64,000 nucleotides of DNA. It comes from Camelus dromedarius (lineage: Eukaryota). Positions 26,460-39,379 of the stretch are shown here, piece by piece (within the stretch, counting starts at the first letter, position 1; each line of letters begins with the position of its first letter). Where the stretch lies: positions 59,832,001-59,896,000 of the forward strand of contig NC_087437.1 of NCBI RefSeq assembly GCF_036321535.1, read 5' to 3'. The position numbers were made by a program, and so were the translations under genes. Below the pieces are notes generated by a model. It made no database searches. It was given only the letters and a program-made list of their open reading frames with translations, and was not told where the DNA came from.

Positions 26460-29237
26460 AGAATCCAGGCTTAAAAATAAAAAGTTAAATTAAAAAAATA
26501 TACATTGAGCAAAGATATCAGTGGCCACACACTGGAGATGAGGCAGATTTCACAGATTTATTCCAGGCAACTACTGAACAAAGGGAAAAAACAAATAAAA
26601 TAGGAAAAATGACCATGAAGAGGTAAATATCAGAAACCAGAGTTGTTGCAATATATTATCAAAGTGTTAAGCGTTCAACAAAAAATTATGAGACAAGCAA
26701 AGAAGCAGGAAAGTGTGAGCCATACTCAGAAAATACAGCAGTTAACAGAAACTATTTTTTTTAATATACCCAGATGTTGCATTTAGCAGACAAAATAATT
26801 CAAAGCAGATGTTATAAATATGTCCAAAGAACCAAAGGAAAACATGTTTCAACAATTAAGAAAATAGGATAACAATGAATCAACAAATAAAGATTTTCAA
26901 CAAAGATAATTTTTTTAAGAACCAAATGGAAGGGGGGAGGGTATAGCTCAAGTGGTAGAATGATGCTTAGCATACACAAGGTCCTGGGTTCAATCCCCAG
27001 TCCCTCCTCTAAAAATAAATAAGTAAACCTAACTACCTCCCCCAAATAAATAAATAAATAAACAAACAAACAAACAATTTGTTAAATAAAAGAATCAAAT
27101 GAAAATTCTGGAGTTAAAGAGTTCAATAACTGAAATGAAAAGCTACTAGAGGAACTCAACAGAAAATTTAAGATGGCAAAAGAAAGAATCAGTGAACTTG
27201 GATATAAAGAAACAATAATTATCCAATCTGAAGAACAGAAAATATTGCAGAAAAATGAACCAGAGTCTCAGAGATCTATGGAACAACGTTAAATATGCCA
27301 TACACGTGCAATGAGAGTCTTAGAAGGAGTGGACAAGGGGAGATAGAAAACAAATATCTGTAGAAATAACGACTGAAAGTTTCCTAAACTTGATGAAAAA
27401 CATTAATTTACATATGCAAAAAGCTCAACAAACATCAAGTAGGATACATACAATGAAATCAACACCTAGACAAAGCATAATCAAACTGTTGAAAGACAAA
27501 GAGAAAGAGAAAATCTTGAAGGCAGCAAAAGAAAACTATCTGACAAAACAATTCTTCAAAAGTGAAAACAAGATAAAGCATTTCCAGATAAACAAAGACA
27601 CAGAAACGTCATCCTTTGCAGACTAGCCATATTAGAAATACTAAAGGAAGTTCTTCGGGCCAAAAGGAAACTATGTCAGATGGTGATACGAATCCACAGG
27701 AAGAAATGAAGAGCAACAGAAATGTTAAACTATGTGTTAATATAAAAAATATAATTTTTTGTCATTTCTTCTCTTCACTTTAAAAAACATAAAATCGTAT
27801 AAAGCAGAATCGTTAATATTGTATTATTCAAACTATAACACGTATATGTATAATAATAGCATAAAGGGAAGGAGAGAGAATGTAGCTTCACTGGAGCAAA
27901 GTTTCTATTTTACAGGAAGTAAGTTCCTATTAACCTGAAGTAGATGGTGATACGTTAAGATGCACATTGTAAGCCCCAGAGCAATCACTAAGAAAATAAC
28001 TAAATTATAGTAAAAATAACAACAGAAGAATTAAAATGGTACACTAAAATATATTTAACATAAAAGAAGGCAATCACAGAAGAACACATGTACAAAAAAG
28101 GAAAACAAACAGCAAAATGGCAAATGTAAACCAAACCATATCAATTAATTATAATGAATATAAATAGCATAGACATCCTAAACAAAGGCAGGGATTGTGA
28201 GACTGGATAAAAGGCAAGATCCAAATTACGTGCTGCTTATAAATGACACACTTTAGATTCAAAGACAGAAATACATTTAAAGTAAAATGAGATAAGCTAT
28301 ACCATACAAATAATAACTGTAAGAAAGCTGGAGTGGTCAAATTAATATGAGACAAAATAGACTTTAACATAAGTATTATTATTAGAGACAATGAGGAAAA
28401 TTACAAATGGAAAAAGGGTCAATACACCAGGAAGATACAGTAAGTATATATGCAAGTGCACCTAAAAACAGATCCCCAAAATACATGAAGCAACAACTAA
28501 CAGAATTGAAAGGAGAAATAAATATATAATTCAAGAATTATAGTTGGAGATTTAAATACTCCATTCCTGGTAACTGATAGAACAATTACACAGAATATTA
28601 ACAAGGATATAGAAGGCTTGAACAGTACAATCAACCAACCTCATCTAATGATATGCAGAGAATCCTCCATCCAATGATTATAGAATATATAATGCACAGA
28701 TTTGGCACACTGAAGTACATGTGGAAGATTCCCCAGGATAGACTGTATGCTAGTCGACAAAACAAATCTTAATAAATTTAAAAGGTTTGAAATCATATCA
28801 AGTATGTTCTCTATTTTAGAGTAGAAATCAACAACAGAAAGAAACCTGGGAAAGCTCCAAATATTTAGAAATTACGTACTTCTAAATAACCCACTGGTCA
28901 AAAAAGAAAAGAGAAGAGAAATCAGAAAATATTTTTAACTCAATTAAAATGAAAACATAGCATGTCAAAAATAGGTGAGATAGAGCTAAAGCAATGCTTA
29001 GAGGAAAATGTATAGCTTTTAAATGTCTGTATCAGAAAAGAAGAATCTCAAACAAATAACCTAACCTTCAGCTTAATAAACTAGAAACAGAAGAACAAGA
29101 TAAAAAACAAAGCAATCAGAAGAAAGTAAATCAAAAAGAGAGAGCGTAAATCAATTAAAGAGAAAACAGAAAAACTCTACAGAGAAAACAAGAAACAAAA
29201 AGTTCTTTCTAAAGATCAAAAAAATCAACAAACCCTT
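26460..29237 (+). mobile_element. Old L1 (L1M-type), degenerate ORF1 plus ORF2 endonuclease region, 3'-truncated
   Basis: A-rich. ORF 27390-27626 (MKNINLHMQKAQQTSSRI...STPRQSIIKLLKDKEKEKILKAAKE) is L1 ORF1p-like. Endonuclease-region motifs (tagttggagattttaatactcca, aataaatttaaaagg) follow. Ends at aaaatcaacaaaccctt. Confidence 0.92.
26932..27089 (+). mobile_element. Camelid tRNA-derived SINE (long form) nested in L1
   Basis: ggggagggtatagctcaagtggtagaa...gtcctgggttcaatccccag plus (AAAT)/(AAAC) tail. TSD aagaaccaaatggaa (26917-26931) / aagaatcaaatgaaa (27090-27104). Confidence 0.93.
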
Positions 29238-29702
29238 GGATAGCACCCCCTTTCTGCCCACCCCACCAACTCTGCTCACACAGCTCTCTGGAACTGGCTC
29301 TGAGGGGCCCTGCCTTCCCAGCACCCCAGCTGAAGCCCCTCCTGGCAGGCCTAGCCCCTCCGGTGGGCAGGATTTCAGCAACCCCAGCCCCAGCTGCAGG
29401 CTCTCCACTTGGTGGTTAAGGTACCCAGGGTGCTCAGTGGCCCTGGGACTTGCTCTGATCTCCAAGTTACAGTCCCTTTTCCTTCTCACTGGGGGTGACC
29501 CAGTGTGTGTCTGGGATTCTCAGTGTCCTTGCTTGGCACTGCTGTTCCTTCCAGCCCAAGGCCATGGCCTGCTTTCCCAGATCACCTACAACTTCCTTTC
29601 TTCTAGGAAGCTGAACCCCATCCCCTGTACAGGGGCTTGGCCAACAAGTACCCTAAATGTTGGCCTCTCAACCTCCCCAGGAGGCTGCCACGCCCTCTAG
29701 AA

Positions 29703-29870
29703 CAGCACTGTCTAACAGAACTTTCTACAGTGATGAAAATGTTCCATTTCTGTGCTGTTCAATCACATTTGGCTGCTGAGCACAAGAAATATGACTAGTG
29801 TGACTGAGGAATTGGATTTTTATTTACTTTTAATTAATTTAAATTTAAATAGCCACTTGTGGCCAGGGCC
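29703..29870. mobile_element. MER3-like hAT-Charlie MITE
   Basis: cagcactgtctaacagaactttctacagtgatgaaaatgttc...gactgaggaattggattttta...ttaatttaaatttaaatagccacttgtggc matches the MER3 pattern. Confidence 0.85.
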
Positions 29871-32819
29871 AGCTCAAGATACTGGACGCTGGCCTAGCAA
29901 CCCTTCAGGGGACCGCTGGGCAGGGCTAGATGCTCCCTAACCTCATCCACTGACCCTGCCCTGTTCCCCCACTGCACACCAAGCCCTGGCTTCCTCCTCA
30001 TCCCTTCCAGCATGACCACTGGATCAGCAACCTTGACATACACAAATATTACTCCTGGGGCAACTGGTGTGTTCAGAGGTCTGAGGACTATTCCTATTCC
30101 TTTAATCTTTCAGCAACACGTCTTAGGGGGAAAAAAAAAAACAGAGGGAGAGACCCCGAGATGAGTCAGACCTGTGATGCAAACATGAGGGATGGATGAG
30201 GCCTCTGCTTTCTCTTCTGAAATCTGAATAAATAACTTGCTTGGAGTTTTGTCATAATTTCATTCTATTAAGAGTCGGGGCCCAGGTTATGTAAAAGAAA
30301 ATGTAAGAGTCACATCAGACAGGAAAAAGAAATTATTATAAAAATCTTTGCAGGAACTAAAATACCGAAGTAATGAGGAATATTAGAATGAGATGAGAAT
30401 AAGTCGGCTATAATTTTTTAAGTCATTGTCTTTTCATGGAAAATTTTTAAAAAGAAGTAGGTTTCAAGACAGATGGAGCAACTAGCAGAAGAAAATCCTT
30501 TGCTTTGGAACTGACATGTCCTTTTAAAAGGAAGTGTTGGTCAATTATCTCACAGTATAACCACCTTGGATTGAAAAAAAATCAATATACATCGAGGCAA
30601 TTATTTTCTGCACCTCCTGCTACTGAATTGGCAATGAGTTTTCACGGCTCAATTAGCTTTTAACTTAAAACAATAGCAGCCAGTCTCAGTCTCTAACTGG
30701 GATATTTATTTACAGCAAAAAAGCGCACTGCTATTACAAATTGTTTTAGGGACTCCGCAAAAGAGAGAGAGTCAAATATTAGTGGCATAATATTAAAATG
30801 TTTTAGTCCTTTGGTTCAGTAACCTTACTGTGATGATTATCCTTATGAAATAATATTTAAAAAGAAAAACTATATACCTGAAGATGTTCACAAGCATCAT
30901 AATCTAACACGGGGAAAACTGAGACAATCTAAACACATTAAATGTGCTATAAAAAGGCAAACGATTATATATCAGTTCCACTCAGGTTCATACTTGTCAG
31001 TGCTCCAGTGAGGCTGCTCATCAAGGTCACAGACGACCTTCAAGTTGCTAAATCCAGCCCTCATCGTACTAAACAGTCACGGACATGTGACACAAGTGAT
31101 CACTCTCCCTCTCCAGAAACCCAATTTGCCTCACACACTCCCCTAACCCAGACCAGGAGCTTATCAAAACGCAAACCCAGAGGCTTCCGAGAAAGACCTG
31201 CAGACACAAAACTAGGGGGAGCTTACACCGGCCCCACCCACCCACTACCTCCCATTCAGTTTGAGAGAGGAGCCCACCTGAGCTGTGCCTGGCTCCCGTG
31301 CTAATTCCAGGCTTCACTTAACTTTCCCTCATCCATAAAGTCAGACTAGCCAAAATGTAACTAATTCATAATGGCGATAATACAATAACCATTCACCTGA
31401 GGCTGGGAGATACACAGCATATGTCAGGTTCACCCAAGTCTGTCTGGCTGGGACTATAAAAACTAAGTTGCATTTCCTGACTGTGGAGTAATTATCGAGG
31501 GAAACATCCCAGAAGTATGCTTGGGAAGGGAGGGATGCAAACTAAGGAGGTAATAACTGGCACAGGTGATTCATAAAAAGGATGAGTAACTCTCAGCAGG
31601 AAGCAGGCTCTGGGAGAGGAGTCATGCAAGGTAGAACTTCTCTTCCCACCCCCCTCCGGAGTTTTAGAGAAGAGCCACCTAGCTGGTTCATCCTGGGAAG
31701 GCCAAGTGCCTGAAGAACGAGATCTACGCCATGCTGACTCCAGAAAAGGTTATCGAGCACAGAGAGCTGGACTGTAGGGACATCCCAACCAAAGCCACAC
31801 AGACGGGTACGGTAAGAGCGAGCGTGCATCTAGCACTTCTGTGCCCGGTATCATCTACGTGTAAGCACGCTGCATGTATTAACTCGATACTCTTCACAGG
31901 CAGATACTATTATTTTCAGTCACTAAGTGGCAGAGCTGCCTTCAGCCCCAGGCAGTGTTGCTCAAGTGCTCTTAACCATTGTGTGATACAGAACAGGACC
32001 TTTAACGTGAACGCCCCGGTCTTCGTAGAAGAGCTTCACAGTGTTCGCAAGGTCAGGGCATCCACGGTTCTCGACAGCCAATTTGGGAAATGACTTCTGT
32101 CACAAGGAGCAAGATATCCCCGCCACTCCCCCACTAAGAATATTGATCATGACAGAAAATTCAGGTAAAAGCCGCAGAGTCTTCAGATGGAAGTGCAAAA
32201 ACCAATTCTCCAGTTAATGAGTAAATATTGGGAGGCACTTTGCCAAGCACACTGGAAAAAAACAAATCTCTATAAAAATCAACTGATAGAGGCTTGCTGC
32301 TTGGAATTAAATGCTGATCAACTGCATTATCAGACACTGAAATTAATCTACAGCGTGAATGAAGAGCTGGTGTATGTGGATGCACCACTGGGCCTGGGCA
32401 CCAGCGTGCAAGACAAACAAGCAGGACCCTGGAAGAGGCCCCCTCGGCAGGACCGGAGGAGGAATCCCGATCAACAACCACAGTCTGTCCCCTTAGCAGC
32501 TGGCTCAGGGGTCCCACCACCACCTTGGAGAAAGAAGTGGGATTTTATCCAAAGCCCCTCTGCGGCTCTGTGTACCTATGGATGGAACTAATCATTTCCA
32601 ACAAACCTTTCTGCCACCTTCACAGAGGTCCAGGCTAAAGGGCCACTCTAGGGGTTATCATCAGTGTCTGCCATCAGGGTTCGAGCTGTCTCTCTGAAGA
32701 GGGCCATCCTGACAAAGCTTGGGCTGCAGACATCCCAGCCCCATGATTCACTCACGCGGATGTTAGAGAAGTCCTTGCCCTTCTCGGTTCACTGAACATG
32801 AGACAACTGCACTTAACCA

Positions 32820-33095
32820 TGATGGTGTTTCCCAAACTGCTGTTTGAGGAACACTGGCCTGAAAGCCATTTAGGATGATGTGGAAAGAAGTGTTCCATGT
32901 GTGAGTCAATTTGGGAACTGCCGATGAATCAAATTTAGAAGTGATTTCCTTGTTGCGTCACCAGCGTGATGAAGCACTCGATCAGCCTCCAAGGAGGGAT
33001 CCCATGCTGTGCTTCCACATGTTTTTCCATCACTGCTTTTCACACTTCCTATAAGGGTCTTCCCTGGAACCTGTAGTTTAGGGAATGCTGCTCTA
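32820..33095. mobile_element. MER103-like hAT DNA transposon
   Basis: gtgtttcccaaac...ggaacactgg...gttccatgtg...aatttgggaa...tttagggaatgctg, with terminal inverted-repeat-like ends. Confidence 0.6.
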
Positions 33096-33827
33096 CAAGA
33101 TTTCTTTCAAATCCGATGCTCTGGGAGACCATGAAGCAGTCTGGGTAGGAGCCCAGGGTCAGAGTCATTCTGCCTAGACTGGAATTCCAGCTACAAACCA
33201 GCCAGCCAGGTAACCTTGGCCATGTTACTTAACCTGCTTCCTTACCTGTAACATGGGATAAATGATTCCCAAGGGTGGATCATGTGAGATAATTTACTCA
33301 CGTGCACAACATGGTTCACTGGTAGCAGTAGTGGAAATGGTGGTAGTGGAATTCCATAACTCTGCTGGAATCAAGCCTGGAAAATGCTTTTCCCAGTGCT
33401 TACCAAGAGACCTGCACCAGGACACAGAACTTGCCTTTCATCCTTACAACTTGGCTTTCCATAGGCCAGAGCTTTGGTGACCAAAGTTCACCAACCCACA
33501 ATCAGTTGACTCATGTGAACCCCGTCCTGGACTCTGTAGGGCAGGGATCTGGGACCACACCTGACACGAAGTAAACCTGGAAATACCTGCTTAGACTGGG
33601 ATGAGAATAGGGGGTCAAACAGCCTTGTTCTATTCTGACTTCATCAGCCACTCATTTAAGGATAACAGTCATTCGGTGGAAGGAGTCCTGGACCACCAGA
33701 AGGACACCTGGGCTCGGGTCCCTGGTCCAATACAAACCCCAGAGTCCTCTGTGCTCTTGTGCTCTACCATCAGTCACCTCTCTGGGCCTCATCTCCCCAT
33801 CAGTAAAATTTAGGGGTGATGTGAACA

Positions 33828-34068
33828 AAGATTCTCAACTGGAGATAAACACTGGACCTGTGCAGAGCACTTTTTTTTTTAAATAATCCTGTCTAGATCC
33901 AGCCCCAAACCTACTGAGTTACAAATCTCTATTCTCACTGTATATAAAATTCCCATCCAGAAAAAAAAAAAAAAAAAAAAAGATCTGAGTGCTGGAACCC
34001 AGGCAAAATATTTTTTAAAAAACTCCCTGAGTTATACTGATCCACCCTCTTGTGAAGAGCCAACTGGC
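33828..34068. mobile_element. MER5-like hAT MITE interrupted by a short poly(A)-tailed insert
   Basis: ttctcaact...cccaaacctactgagttacaaatctct [insert] ...acccagg...ttttaaaaaactccctgagttatactgat. Confidence 0.6.
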
Positions 34069-35479
34069 CTGGATGATCACAGCATCCCTTCCAGCATCTT
34101 ATAAAATCCACTCAACTTCTGAGTTCCTCTATGAAGAGGCTGTCAAACCTATTGCCTTTCAAATCATTGGCTGGACGAGGTCAGGACTGTTGGGAAGGGC
34201 CCTCAGTCCCTGCAGAGAGAGGTGCTCTGTATATCCTGGAAACCCCAGCATGTACTTTTACCCAGCTGCTTCTGGGACATTCCTTATAGCTACCTATCTC
34301 TGCAAGTCCATCACCACTCTCTACCTTTAAGCCATCCTAACACTCTCAAAGCAGGTGCCAATAAAAGTAAGCCCCAACGATCCCAGATCCTCCTCCCCAA
34401 TTCTATACTCACTTTAGCCCAGGCCTTGTCCTGATGATGATCCCATTTCTACCCTTCTGGACTCAGAAACTGTACTAGAGTCTCAGGTTTCCCTTTCCCT
34501 TGGGTTCACTCCACTGGCTTGTCACACTTCAAGTCATCTCAGGTAGACATCTATTCTGGCCCCTGCAGACCTGGGCCCCAGCTGGGTTGATACACACGTC
34601 CCAGAGACCATCTGAACCTCACATAACCTGACCAGCCAAGGGATAAAGGCATCATATCCTGAAGCCCGGAGGGACCCAAAGCCTCAGCATTCTGATTAAT
34701 TCTGAGTTTGGGACTTAGCCACCTCTCTGCTCCTCCCCTCCATCGGCACAGGTAACTGAGAGCTAACTAAGAGCCAAGAGTACAAAGGAATTGGCTGAAG
34801 CCAATTTCATACTTGGAACAAGTTTCTGGGGTGTTAAATCTCACTTTGTTCCAGTTGTCAGCACAAAAGTCTACAGAGACAGTCCTAACAATGTGGAAAC
34901 AAAAGAAATAAACATAAATGTTTAGAACTAATCCTAAAATCAACACACAGTGGAACAAGGCAGAGATTGCAATGTCATCTTAAGAAGACCAACTAAGTCC
35001 CTGGCCAAAAAAATTGGCGGTAGCCTGACAGAATATATTAATAAGTCTTAAAATGTAAACCGTCAATCAAAAGACAAAGAGAATCTCAGAAGCAAATGCT
35101 GGCAGCATCCAACCAAGCCCTATGTTGGGAAGAGGAAGCCTTAGGCGTGGGACTTAGAGTGCACTGGTTCCATTGCCCACCATCCTGTCCATCTTTCCTT
35201 AAACTTACACATACTCCCATATGCATAGCCTGCCAAGTCTCCCAACAGCTGCCAAAGGTGAAAACCTAGGAATCCTGAGAACACTGTCAATTTGGTGTCC
35301 ACAAGCCCCACGCAGAAAAGACTGTCACATCCCCTAGTTTCCAACCCTCTCTATTTGGAGTCACCCCCTCGGGCCACCTCGAAAGAAGAGCTCCTTTAGA
35401 TGAATTCAGAGAAGGCAGGCCAGCATAATCCTTAAGGGTAATGATAGTTTGTTTCTCTGTCTACACTACAATTTACAAA

Positions 35480-37100
35480 TTGCTTCATCAGAAATCAAGA
35501 AATAATGTTTTTTATAATCTTGGAGTGAAGAGGAATTTTCCAGATGTGACACAAAATCTACAAGTCACAAAAGGAAAGACTGACACAGCGGACAACACAG
35601 TTTTTTTTAGTCCTTGTAGGGAAAAAGGCAAAAGACAATGAAAAAATATTTTCACTGTATATCAGGGGCAAAAATGCTAATTTCCTTAATAAATAAAGAG
35701 ATCCTTGAAATCAGTAAGAAAAGGTCAACGACCCAATTGAAAACTGGGCTAAGGACATGTATCATTCAAAGAAAAGGCACCTGCGCCCCAATGTTCACAG
35801 TATCACTATTTACAATAGCCAAGACATGGAAACAGCCTAAATGTCCATCAACATATGACTGGCTAAAGAAGATACGGTATATTTATACAATGGAATACTA
35901 TTCAGCCATAAAAACCAACATAATGCCATTTGGAGCAACATGGGTGCCCCTGGAGAATGTCATTCTAAGTGAAGTAAGCCAGAAAGAGAAAGAAAAATAC
36001 CATATGAGATCGCTCATATGTGGAATCTAAAAAAAAAAAAAAAGAACATAAATACAAAACAGAAACAGACTCATAAACATAGAATACAAACTTGTGGTTG
36101 CCAAGGGGGGAGGGGATAGGAAGGGACAGACTGAGATTTCAAAATTTATAGATACTGACAGGCATATGTAAACAAGATTATACAGTATAGCACAGGGAAA
36201 TACATACAAAATCTTGTGGTAGCTCACACTGGAAAAAAAAAGTGACAATGAATATATGTATGTTCATGTATAACTGAAAAATTGTGCTCTACACTGGAAT
36301 TTGACACAACATTGTAAAATGACTATAACTCAATAAAAAAAATCTTAAAAATAAAAAAAAGAAATTGATACAAATATGATGGAGGGAAATCTGGCAACAT
36401 CTATCAAAATTTTAAATGCACACACCTTTGCCTCAACAATTTATCCAACAAAATCCTGCATATGTGTACAACCATTTGCGAACAAGATAGTAACTGCAGA
36501 AATGTTTTTGATTACAAAATTTGGACATAATCTAAAGGTACATCAATAAAAGACCAGTTAAGTAAATTAAATTCCATACAATAGATACTCTGTAGCTATA
36601 AAAAGAACAAGGCACCCATAAACAGACTGATCTGAAAATATCAGCAAGAAATATTCTTAAGTGAAAAAAAAAAATAAGGTGCAGAACCTTTCCAGGAAGT
36701 CAAGAACTTGGTGGCAGAGGCGAGGCTAAGACTTATTTTCTCTGTATATCCTTTTATGTTTTCTGAATTTTCTACCATGTAGAGGTGGTTGAAAATAAGA
36801 CAACAAAAATTTTTAAATTAAATCAGTTTCATCAATGTGGTAAATCTATATGCATTGATATCTCAATGTCTATCATGTCATTAAGTGGGGGGAAAAAAGC
36901 AAGTTGCAAGTCAAAACGTAGAGTGTAATCTCATTTATATTTAAAAAAAAAAAGCCTCTGTTGTGTGTTGACATATATATGTGCATAAATGCATAGAAAA
37001 AGGCCTAAAATACGAACCTATTTACAACGCTTACCCTTGAAGAGGGGAAGTGGGGGGTAGAAATGGGGTAGGAAAGAAGGAACAAAGGAATCTGTGGGCT
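35480..37100 (+). mobile_element. Old L1 (L1ME-like) 3' fragments hosting a younger L1
   Basis: aataaagagatccttgaaatcagtaagaaaagg, ggaaatctggcaacatctatcaaaattttaaatgca, ttaagtgaaaaaa...aaggtgcagaa. Confidence 0.75.
35765..36360 (+). mobile_element. Younger 5'-truncated L1: ORF2 C-terminus, 3' UTR and A tail
   Basis: Open frame GTCAPMFTVSLFTIAKTWKQPKCPS...YIYTMEYYSAIK...MPFGATWVPLENVILSEVSQKEKEKYHMRSLICGI* is the L1 ORF2p C-terminus. 3' UTR ends gactataactcaataaaaaaaa. Confidence 0.95.
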
Positions 37101-37129
37101 AGTTGCTTTTAAAAATCTGCATTTTTAAG

Positions 37130-37500
37130 ATTTTTCTAACTGATCATCCACAGCTTTTTGTTTTGATTACTGTATTCTTTATTTCTAACAGTTTTATTTG
37201 GTCATTTTTCAAACAGATTAGGTCATTTTTTTTATAGTTCCCTGCAGGTATTTTCAGGCTTGTCTTTTGTTTCTCTAAATATGGTTAGCATGCATTTTTT
37301 ATGATTTGTCTGATAATTCTAACATCTGAAGTCTTAGACGGTCTACTTCTGCTGTCTCTGGATTTTGCTGGTTCTCACTCACTGTAGTTTGTTTTCTATG
37401 TGCTTGGTTCTTTGGGGCTGTGCGCTGTTAATTGTTCCTGGAAGTTATTTTTGAGAATGAAGGCTGACTGCAACATTCGTCTTCGTTCTTGCCAGGTTTG
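37130..37500 (-). mobile_element. Old L1 5'/ORF1-region fragment, antisense
   Basis: T-rich. ttgtctgataattctaacatctg resembles the reverse complement of cagatgttgcatttagcagacaa in the L1 at ~26770. Confidence 0.6.
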
Positions 37501-39379
37501 TGGATCGTCCAAAGCCCTTTATACTGGTAAAGAGCAGGCCCTGGAGTCAGGGAGACCACGTTCTGTCCAGCTCTCCTATCAGTGCTGTGTCTTGGGGCAA
37601 CGTACCTCATCTCTCTGGGCCCAACTCTCTTCACCTGTAGAGGAGGGAACTGCACCTCCCTCTGGGCTCACGAGGGATACGATAATACACACAGTAAGGC
37701 ACTCAGCACATGCCTGGCGCAAGGTGAGCCTTCTCTGAACCATGGCATCTGTTACTACTATCACACTTTACAAAAAGGGTCTGACCCAACAAGATAGCTG
37801 CAAGAATATGGAGAGGGCAGGGCAGCTGGGAGGGAGAGACTGGGGTTGGGGTCTCTCCCTCAGCAGCCTGTAGGCTCTGTGGAGGCAGCATCCTAGCACT
37901 TCTCACAGGCGACCTAGTCCATGGCGGGTGCTAATAAAAGTGTTACAGAAAGTAAGACGTAAGTGAAAGGGACCGTGTGATCAGCAGTGTGCCCTGGGCC
38001 CTCAGGGCCTCCAAGCTTGTGACCCGAAGAGTGACCGCCCTCAGAAAGGTCACTGCTGAGTCACAGCGGCCCAAAGAAGAGTGGCACGTGGCCACCAAGG
38101 CAAGAGCTTGGCTCCTGGAGCCTCACCCCCAAAGAGAGGCGACGTGTCAGGGACGACGAGACAGAAACAGCCAGCGGACTCTGTGCAGAGCTGCCCCAAA
38201 GAAACCTCTGACTGCCCCCTGACTGCAGGTCTCACTTGCACCTCTGAGCTGCTTCGACTTGAACACTCTGGCCAGGGTCCTCCACGCCCGGACTTCCACG
38301 ACCATTATTTGTTAATTCAAGGGCTTGCACCCACCCCGGTGCCTCACTAAAAACCCCTTTGGGTCCACATATCCATTAAGAGCGCAGCAAACACAACCCT
38401 AAACCCAGGCCTGGGATGGACAGCAATGCAAAAGGGGAGCATGCTGGCACTAGAGGAAACCCACAAAAGGACTGGCTCTAACAAAACAGAAATCTCATTT
38501 TCCGGCATGCAAAAAAGAGAGATCTAAGTAATTGCTTGGTGTTTAAAGTAAGGTGCAAACAGCCTGACAGAATCATCCTCTCTGCTTTCAGTGTCTCTCC
38601 AGAACGAATCCTCTGCGCAGTGTTGCTCCGTTAAGTCTATTACTGACTCTTCACAGCCCCATGCTGCGGTACACCGGGACTGTCATTCTTGATGCTAAGG
38701 GGCTGGAGGCCACGGAACTGCTGTGCTTCTTGTCTGAGGTCACCCAGGAACCTGGGGACATTTAGTCAGGTCAGTCCTTGGAACAGAGGCTGCTGCTAAC
38801 ATCAAGGCCATCGGTCAACAGCTCAGTACGGGAAGGGGAGGGATGACAACATGGAGGAAATTACAGTCGTGGCAGACACAGTACAAGGGAGAAGACAAGG
38901 AAAGTGCTTTGAAAAAGCCTCACAGTTTTACTTCTAATAGAACCTGAAATTTGCTGCACACAGTGTACTGGAAAATTGTCATCATCTTAAGCAAATCTGG
39001 TACGGATCTGTGGCTAAAAGGCCAGCATGCACGCACACGCTCATGCTACACACGCTGGCATCTCTGCCTTTGGGTCAGCAGGCAGCTGGGACAAGGAAGA
39101 ATGAGAGGTCCCTGAAGGACCAGTCCTAGCAGCCAGAGAGGTCACCAGAGCCTGCCAGAGTGGTGGGCAGGGACTACGGTCTCATGGGTTGCTCAGGCAA
39201 CCTGAATATCTCATTCCTGCCCCCAGTGTCCTTTAAAAGCCAAGCTGTATTAAATTTTGTTTGATGTGTGGCTACCCTGGTGACCCAGCCACCTTGCAGA
39301 ATCCAGCCAGGCTGGGAAACACTGGGGCAGAGAGTCAGCATCTACCATACTTCCCGAGGTGCTGCGATGCCATCTTCAG

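Noticed and set aside
26932..27010. tRNA-like sequences here and at 2910, 40120, 43045, 46615 and 50188 as tRNA genes
   Set aside because: They have A-rich tails, TSDs and degenerate stems, so they are SINE heads, not functional tRNAs.
35638..36030. 130-aa ORF as a host gene
   Set aside because: Chimera of an old L1 fragment and the L1 ORF2p C-terminus; 5'-truncated and non-autonomous.
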